Positions 57,786-64,000 of a DNA stretch of 64,000 bases are shown one piece after another. Below the pieces are notes generated by a model, which was given only the letters and a program-made list of their open reading frames with translations, searched no databases and was not told the origin of the DNA. The stretch is from assembly GCA_965216565.1 (NCBI GenBank), contig OZ244170.1:4864001-4928000 (forward strand), read 5' to 3'. The position numbers were made by a program, and so were the translations under genes. How positions within the stretch are numbered: position 1 is the stretch's first letter; each line of letters starts with the position of its first letter. The stretch is from Bythopirellula sp. Its GTDB lineage: Bacteria; Planctomycetota; Planctomycetia; Pirellulales; Lacipirellulaceae.

Positions 57786-57854
57786 GACAAGATCGCAGCG
57801 TTCCTCTGCGTCTTTGCGCCTCTGCGAGAACCCCCAATCGAAAGCACGAAATAA

Positions 57855-59861
57855 ATGAGCAAGCAACGCGTATTGGTTGTCGGTGGTGGCCTGGCAGGGT
57901 TGGCGGCGACTATGAAGTTGGCCGAACAGGGAATTCATGTCGACTGCATGAGTCTCACGCCCGTCAAGCGATCGCATAGCGTCTGCGCCCAGGGTGGCAT
58001 CAACAGCGTCAATGAACTCACCCGCCAACAGGGCGACAACGAGTGGCTGCACTTCGACGACACGGTGTACGGCGGGGACTTCCTGCAGCATCAGCCGCCG
58101 GTGAAAGAGATGGCCGATTGGGCTCCGCGGATTATCGACCTCATGGACCGTCTGGGTGTGCCCTTCAACCGCACGCCTGAGGGCTTCCGAGACCAACGCC
58201 GCTTTGGAGGCACACTCTTCAAGCGTACGGCTTTTGCCGGAGCTACTACGGGGCAGCAGCTACTCTATGCACTCGACGAACAAGTCCGCCGCTGGCACAA
58301 CAGCGACATGGTGGACATGTACGAGGGCTGGGACTTTTTGAGCCCTGTACTGGACGACGATGGGCGTTGCCGTGGAGCGATCGCTCAGAACCTAGTCACC
58401 ATGGAAATCCGAGCATTCCCCGCCGATGCGGTTATCCTAGCCACCGGTGGCTGCGGGCTGATTTACGGCCGTAGCACGATGTCTATGGCCTGCACGGGGA
58501 GTGCCGTCAGTCGAGCGGCCCGAGCCGGTGCCAAATATGGCAATGGCGAGTTCATCCAGGTGCATCCTACGGCGATCCCCGGAGCGGACAAACTACGCCT
58601 AATGAGCGAGAGCGCGCGTGGCGAAGGGGGCCGAGTTTGGGTGCCCAGAAAACCACACGACTCGCGTGAGCCGGGTGAAATTCCAGAATCGGAGCGTTAC
58701 TACTTCTTAGAAGAACGCTACCCCGAGTATGGCAACCTGGTTCCTCGCGATATTGCGACGCGAGAGATATTTAACGTCTGTGTGAATGAAGGCTTGAGTG
58801 TCGAGACCGACCGTCAATGCGTGTACCTCGACCTGACTCACATTTCTCGCGCCGAGCTCGATCGCAAGCTCGGTGGCATCCTGCACATTTACGAAAAGTT
58901 CCAAGGTGTCGACCCTCGTGATGAACCAATGAAGATTTTTCCCGCGGTTCATTATTCGATGGGCGGTTTGTGGGCCGGCTACGAACGCACCGCGGCTGGT
59001 GGATTGCAGGCGGGTTCGGTGGCCAATCATCAAACGAATATCCCCGGCCTGTTTGCCATCGGCGAGTGCGACTACCAGTATCATGGTGCCAATCGTTTGG
59101 GGGCCAACTCGCTGCTGTCTTGTATCTTTACAGGATTGTTCGTCGCACCCGGCATCGAGAACATGCTGAAGTCGCTACCCGACTCGGCCCATGACGAGAA
59201 GTACGACACCCTGCACCGTGGCCAGCGAGCTGTCAAACAATTGGAGCACGACGATTTGCTCAAACGTACCGGTGGCCGTGAGAATCCCTACCTAATTCAT
59301 CAAGAGTTGGGCAACGAGATGACCAAAGCGGCAACCGTGGTCCGCGACAACGATCAACTCACTGCCGCTGTGGATAAGGTGAACGAACTGTCCGAACGGG
59401 TAACGCAGTGCTCGCTATCCGACACAGGGCAATGGACCAACCAGAATGTGATGTTCACCAAGGCCCTTCGCGATATGTTCCCCATCGCCAAGTCAATCCT
59501 CAAAGGAGCATTGGCTCGCGACGAGTGCCGTGGCGCGCACTTCAAACCTGCGTTTGCCATGCCAGGAATCGACGCCGAGGAGCCCGCCGAAAAGCGTCGC
59601 CAAGCTGAACAATGGTGCGATGCATTCGAAAAGAAGAACCAGAAATGGCTTAAGTCGACGATTTCAGAAATCGACAAGCAGGGCGAACCCACACTTAGCT
59701 ACGAGGACGTCGACACATCGCTCATTCCACCCCGGCCTCGATTATACGGGCTAGTGGGAGCCGAAGTGATTGAAGAAGTTTGGAAGGAGAGACAGGCCGC
59801 CCAGAGCGGTGCTACCAATGGGGCAGCAGCAAAAGCAACAGGAACTGTCTCGGCAAGCTAA
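57855..59861 (+). CDS. sdhA: Succinate dehydrogenase flavoprotein subunit
   Basis: VGGGLAG, RSHSVCAQGG, QVHPT, SESARGEGG, HYSMGG, HGANRLGANSL. Confidence 0.97.
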   Translation: MSKQRVLVVGGGLAGLAATMKLAEQGIHVDCMSLTPVKRSHSVCAQGGINSVNELTRQQGDNEWLHFDDTVYGGDFLQHQPPVKEMADWAPRIIDLMDRLGVPFNRTPEGFRDQRRFGGTLFKRTAFAGATTGQQLLYALDEQVRRWHNSDMVDMYEGWDFLSPVLDDDGRCRGAIAQNLVTMEIRAFPADAVILATGGCGLIYGRSTMSMACTGSAVSRAARAGAKYGNGEFIQVHPTAIPGADKLRLMSESARGEGGRVWVPRKPHDSREPGEIPESERYYFLEERYPEYGNLVPRDIATREIFNVCVNEGLSVETDRQCVYLDLTHISRAELDRKLGGILHIYEKFQGVDPRDEPMKIFPAVHYSMGGLWAGYERTAAGGLQAGSVANHQTNIPGLFAIGECDYQYHGANRLGANSLLSCIFTGLFVAPGIENMLKSLPDSAHDEKYDTLHRGQRAVKQLEHDDLLKRTGGRENPYLIHQELGNEMTKAATVVRDNDQLTAAVDKVNELSERVTQCSLSDTGQWTNQNVMFTKALRDMFPIAKSILKGALARDECRGAHFKPAFAMPGIDAEEPAEKRRQAEQWCDAFEKKNQKWLKSTISEIDKQGEPTLSYEDVDTSLIPPRPRLYGLVGAEVIEEVWKERQAAQSGATNGAAAKATGTVSAS

Positions 59862-60068
59862 GGCATCAAGGAAGATAATACTTCTCCTTGATCCCTCGCC
59901 CCTTTGGAGAGAGGCCAGGCAACGAAGGATGGGCTAGAGCGAAGCGGCAGCCCCTCGATTTAGCTAAACGGACGTCAAATCGATCTGGGCAAGAGCCCAC
60001 TGTTTCCTATGATACCAATGTTAAACTAACTTTCCGCACACGAGATTCTGCAAGGAATTCCAACCACG

Positions 60069-60911
60069 ATGATTGCACACGCCAAGAAGCCATCTTCCTT
60101 TGAAGTTCGCATTCTCCGCCAGGACGGACCGGGCGAGTCCAATTATTGGGAACGGCACCGGATCACCTACGAACCCAATCTGAACGTGATTAGCGTCCTA
60201 CAGAAAGTCGCTGCCCAGGCGACTACCTCCGAGGGCAAGATGACGGCTCCGGTCGCGTGGGATTGCAATTGCCTAGAGGAAGTTTGCGGTGCCTGCACGA
60301 TGCTGGTCAATGGCCAAACGCGGCAGGCTTGTTCGGCTTTGGTCGATAAATTGCTTGCCGATCAGCCTGGCAGTATTGAGCTTCAGCCTATGTCTAAGTT
60401 CCCCGTACTGCGTGACCTAGTTGTCGATCGTAGCCGGATGTATCGAGCACTGGAACGTGTGAAGGCTTGGATCCCCGTGGATGGCTACGGCGACCGAGGT
60501 CCCGGTCCCCGCGAATCTCAAGAATCGCAACACATCCGTTATCCGTTATCGGAGTGTATGACCTGTGGTTGCTGCGTCGAGGCTTGCCCGCAGTATTCCA
60601 AGGTGGAACTCACCCAACGGACCGGCGAGACCGACGAAGAGTTCGAAGCACGCCAGAACGCGGCTTACGACGAAGGCTTTGTCGGAGCCGCTGCGATCAG
60701 CCAGGCGATTCTCTTCAACGAACATCCCACAGGCCACATGCAAGCCGGCGAGCGTCTCAATGCCTTGATGGGCCCTGGTGGTATCCAAGAATGTGGCAAC
60801 GCACAGAACTGTGTCGCGGTGTGCCCCAAGGAGATTCCGCTGACCACCTCGATCGCCAAGGCCGGACGTCAGACTACGCTGCACATGATCAAGCGTTGGT
60901 TTGATCGGTGA
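60069..60911 (+). CDS. sdhB: Succinate dehydrogenase iron-sulfur subunit
   Basis: CLEEVCGAC, CMTCGCCVEACP, CGNAQNCVAVCP. Confidence 0.97.
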   Translation: MIAHAKKPSSFEVRILRQDGPGESNYWERHRITYEPNLNVISVLQKVAAQATTSEGKMTAPVAWDCNCLEEVCGACTMLVNGQTRQACSALVDKLLADQPGSIELQPMSKFPVLRDLVVDRSRMYRALERVKAWIPVDGYGDRGPGPRESQESQHIRYPLSECMTCGCCVEACPQYSKVELTQRTGETDEEFEARQNAAYDEGFVGAAAISQAILFNEHPTGHMQAGERLNALMGPGGIQECGNAQNCVAVCPKEIPLTTSIAKAGRQTTLHMIKRWFDR

Positions 60912-61093
60912 GGCTGGGAGGCTTTGAGGCTGGTGAATTTGAGGCAATCTTTGGGGCGTCCGCTTTAGTTGGGATGTTTCGCCTTCCGCCCTGCTCTCTT
61001 GCCCGTTTCTCACCGAGTGCTGGACCGTTTCGTGGGGAATCCCCTACAATAATTTGTGGGGATACATCCGTCAGCGGAGATAAGGAACCAGCG

Positions 61094-61342
61094 ATGAAGA
61101 AACTATTTCTCTTGGCCGCCCTGTGTTGTCTGGCTTTTGCTACCGAAGCCCAAGCGCAGTATTACTACTCCAACTCGCCGTACTACTACGCGCCCCGTTA
61201 CCAATACCGCGGACCGATTTTCTACAACGCGGATATGTATCTCAACGAATCGATGTACAACACGCGTCGTTTCTACAACTTCAACGGAGCCCGTGCGTTT
61301 ACTAGCGGAGGCAGCTACAACCTGGGCTACTACGGGTACTGA
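61094..61342 (+). CDS. Small secreted Tyr-rich protein
   Basis: SD AAGGA; signal peptide ending AQA; mature part rich in Y/G/N. Confidence 0.8.
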   Translation: MKKLFLLAALCCLAFATEAQAQYYYSNSPYYYAPRYQYRGPIFYNADMYLNESMYNTRRFYNFNGARAFTSGGSYNLGYYGY

Positions 61343-61512
61343 TCCAATTGCTGGGTTGCCCCTGTCGATTAACCTAGCCGCCTGCGTTCGCGTACCGCCA
61401 TGAGGTTAGCGGTGTCTGCCAAGACTCTGTGAAAGTTCTATGATGCTTCGGAACACCAACAAGGGCCGAGACCGACCGTGCATAGCTCGGCGGAGATAAT
61501 CGTTATTGTCAG

Positions 61513-62145
61513 TCACGCTTCAGTCAATAAGTACATCAACTGAGAGTTCTGGTGTTTCTTAGCAAGTGTAGCAATTGGGCCGATAAAACTTAATGCTTCG
61601 TCAATAGTCAAATCATCCTTAATTCGATCGCCACTGGTTGCATGGGTGAAGTTCGGTGTAGACATTTCCGTCGCCCATATTTTCGCAATTTTGTTGAGGG
61701 TCAATTCGTCAGTTGATTTCAAGCGATCAACAAACTCATTGGGCAACTCCTGGATTCCAGCCCCTACAGATGGGTGGGCATAGAGGGCGGTTTCGAGATT
61801 CTTTTTTTCGGAACCGGTTGTAGCAGCGACAAGTGGTTCGAGTTCAACCGATGTGATGTTTTTCGCACACCAATGAGGCATCGATCGAACAAACTGGGGA
61901 ATCCGGTTCTCAAGGTAAGTGTCGTAATCGTCTTCAATAGGGACGACACCGACTTCCGGCTTTGCGAAATCATCGGGGTCTATGTCGTCCCAATCTGGTT
62001 CGCGTGTTTCCACAGTCATTTCTTCTTGGGTGAAAGGATTAATATGCGTCTGACTAACGGCTTTGGGTAGGGGGAGCTTCCATCCGGGAAAAGCAATAGG
62101 TAGTTGATTAGATTCACAAAGAAAGAGAGTTGTGTAGATGGCCAT
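61513..62145 (-). CDS. Hypothetical protein in AT-richer DNA
   Basis: 210-aa ORF with GAAGG SD; no recognised family. Confidence 0.75.
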   Translation of the reverse strand: MAIYTTLFLCESNQLPIAFPGWKLPLPKAVSQTHINPFTQEEMTVETREPDWDDIDPDDFAKPEVGVVPIEDDYDTYLENRIPQFVRSMPHWCAKNITSVELEPLVAATTGSEKKNLETALYAHPSVGAGIQELPNEFVDRLKSTDELTLNKIAKIWATEMSTPNFTHATSGDRIKDDLTIDEALSFIGPIATLAKKHQNSQLMYLLTEA

Positions 62146-62451
62146 TGTGACCTTCCCGGAGTCGTCTACTCCGCTTTAGATTTAGATGCTGACTAGTCCG
62201 CTATGAACTATGCGGCGTCTCGCACAGAATATAGACGTTCTCATTCACAGTAGCGAGTTATTCTGGTGATTTATCTTGTCCAGAGGCGGGATTTTCAAAG
62301 CCGCCCCGCTCAAAATGGCTGATGTAGATCTGGCAAAAGTACATTGGCTGTGCCTGAGCGGATAGACGACGAATTGCGTTCTCGCTTGACGAGATCCGAA
62401 CCCATGAGCCTAACGGAGGCAGCCTACGAAAATCTCGCCCTGCCCTACCTT

Positions 62452-63507
62452 TTACTCCTGCGGAGCAAGAATACGCAGCGTCCCCGCGTCGGCGTCGACT
62501 TCCACCATGCCACCCATCGGCATCGTGGCGTTCATTTTGTGATGGCCGACGGGGTAGTTCATTAATACGGGAATACCGAGAGGCTCGAAGTACTGCTTGA
62601 GCACGCCTTCCACGCTGAAGCGTTTGTCGTCGGTGAGCTGATCTTTTTCCCGGTCGTAGTTTTTAGTGAATTGCCCGAGGACCGCACCGCGCAGTGTTTG
62701 CAGTTTCCCTGCAAGTCGAAGCTGACACAACATCCGGTCGAGTCGGTAGGGGGCTTCGCGGGTGTCTTCGATCATCAAGATGGCATCCGTGGTATCAATC
62801 TCATAGGGCGTCCCGGTGAGCGCTGCGACGAGGGAGAGGTTTCCGCCGGTGAGCCGACCACGGGCTTTACCCGACCCCCAGGCAATCGGTTGCGGCACAT
62901 CGTCGCCTGTGGTTTCGATCGTGTAACTAGTGAGATGATCGTCCTGTTTCTCGACCGCTCGGAAGAGATACTTTTCTGTAAAGGGCTGCATGTAATCTTT
63001 GCTTCCCAAGCCGTACATCGGAACTGGGGAATGAAGCGTGACGAGCCCTGCATGGCGATTAATAGCTATGTGCAGCGCCGTAATATCACTAAAACCGATC
63101 AATAGTTTAGGGTTAGCACGGATGACGTCGTAATCGAGCGCATCGAGAATACGCATTGTCCCGTAGCCCCCTGTGCCGGGGAACACGGCGTCGACATTCG
63201 GGTCGGCAAACGCCTGCATCAGTTCCTCGCAACGCCGCTCGTCGGTGCCGGCCAAGTAGCCTTCTTCCGCGAAGAGATCGTCACGCTGCTTGATGTGATA
63301 GCCACGCTCTTCCAGCCGCTGTTTGGCACGAGCCATCCGATTGGGGTCGAGATCGCCTGCCGGGGCGACAAACATGATGGTATCGCCCGGTTCGATTTGC
63401 TGAGGCCAAATCATGGATAGCTCAGACTCAATATCCGCGGCCTGGGTGGCCCGGAGCGGAGTTGCCAAACAATAAACCGAAAAAACTACGGAAACGAGTG
63501 TTCTCAT
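62452..63507 (-). CDS. S66 LD-carboxypeptidase with signal peptide
   Basis: PGDTI..VAPA, GGYG, GFSDIT, GGNL, IED, PVGH. The probable start is ATG 63507. Confidence 0.92.
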   Translation of the reverse strand: MRTLVSVVFSVYCLATPLRATQAADIESELSMIWPQQIEPGDTIMFVAPAGDLDPNRMARAKQRLEERGYHIKQRDDLFAEEGYLAGTDERRCEELMQAFADPNVDAVFPGTGGYGTMRILDALDYDVIRANPKLLIGFSDITALHIAINRHAGLVTLHSPVPMYGLGSKDYMQPFTEKYLFRAVEKQDDHLTSYTIETTGDDVPQPIAWGSGKARGRLTGGNLSLVAALTGTPYEIDTTDAILMIEDTREAPYRLDRMLCQLRLAGKLQTLRGAVLGQFTKNYDREKDQLTDDKRFSVEGVLKQYFEPLGIPVLMNYPVGHHKMNATMPMGGMVEVDADAGTLRILAPQE

Positions 63508-63619
63508 TCGGAAATTACCTTTTGACTTTGTGTTGAGTTGCAAAATTGATTCTTACACTGAAATTCCCCTCCTTGAGTCCCTTCCCGAAAACAGGGGAAG
63601 TGAATTTTGGGGTTGGCAC

Positions 63620-64000
63620 TCAGCTCTTCGCTGCCGGGTCGATGCCATCGACCCAATCGCCTTCCAGTTGTTGGAAATCTTTCGGATACAACACGCTCCC
63701 CTTGTCGCCTGCCGACCAACCGGCAACGTGCCTCGCCGCAGTTCTGTTCTCTGACATCGATTCCCACTGATCGGCCCAGTCAGGGTTTCCTTCGCTGACG
63801 GTCAGGGTAGCCGGATCGAAATGGAAGACCTTGCCCTGGCGATAACTTTGCGAACCTAGCTTGACGATCACCATGGCCGCGGCCCCCAGTTCGGGATCGC
63901 ACTTCACCTGGTCTGGCTGACCGGCGATTGCTGCCTGACAGAAGTTTTCGAAGTGGGTGAAATGGGTGTCTTCGATTTTGTCGACCTTGATCTCCTCATT
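63620..64000 (-). CDS. 3' end of a gene entering from outside the window, probably a Gfo/Idh/MocA oxidoreductase
   Basis: Frame open to the edge: ..HFENFCQAAIAGQPDQVKCDPELGAAAMVIVKLGSQSYRQGK.., typical of this family's C-terminus. Confidence 0.6.
   Translation of the reverse strand, partial: NEEIKVDKIEDTHFTHFENFCQAAIAGQPDQVKCDPELGAAAMVIVKLGSQSYRQGKVFHFDPATLTVSEGNPDWADQWESMSENRTAARHVAGWSAGDKGSVLYPKDFQQLEGDWVDGIDPAAKS

Noticed and set aside
57795..57830. CTCTGCG/CTTTGCG short repeats between sdhC and sdhA
   Set aside because: Only three short units, probably a common dispersed intergenic repeat; not CRISPR.
1..64000. CRISPR array, rRNA, integrase or transposase
   Set aside because: No regularly spaced direct repeats, rRNA-like sequence or recombinase motifs were seen by eye.

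Overview
Planctomycete chromosomal DNA. The assignment is inferred from three DUF1559 prepilin-like genes, many PEP-CTERM proteins and the ECF/Ser-Thr-kinase style; it is probably Pirellulales/Lacipirellulaceae-like. Four blocks are visible. (1) 0.3-14.6 kb: a LacI-controlled beta-glucoside utilisation locus with a GPH transporter, a GH94 phosphorylase, a GH144-like PEP-CTERM protein, a DUF1559 gene, two further PEP-CTERM proteins and a GH1, tied together by a repeated TGAAAGCGCTnnCA operator. (2) 14.8-32.7 kb, the most novel block: eight acidic, predicted all-helical ~300-aa proteins arranged as a four-gene cassette duplicated in tandem (A-B-C-D, A'-B'-C'-D'). Beside it are a dynamin-like membrane protein with degenerate GTPase motifs, a lid-less Hsp70, an ECF sigma factor and two membrane Ser/Thr kinases. 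Four of its transcription units carry the same motif, TGTCCG-N14-TGRCAAYT, which suggests one ECF regulon, possibly for membrane remodelling or repair. (3) 33.8-43.1 kb: a secreted peptide-processing locus with a double PEP-CTERM fusion, an M14 peptidase, a gamma-glutamyltransferase, a DUF1559 gene and a lipoprotein, ending at tRNA-Lys(CTT). (4) 43.5-64 kb: mostly housekeeping genes, including purH, an S41 protease, a TPR protein, smpB (apparent ACG start), a Cys-less ketosynthase, a desaturase, sdhCAB and an LD-carboxypeptidase. All calls come from reading motifs by eye; no database searches were run.
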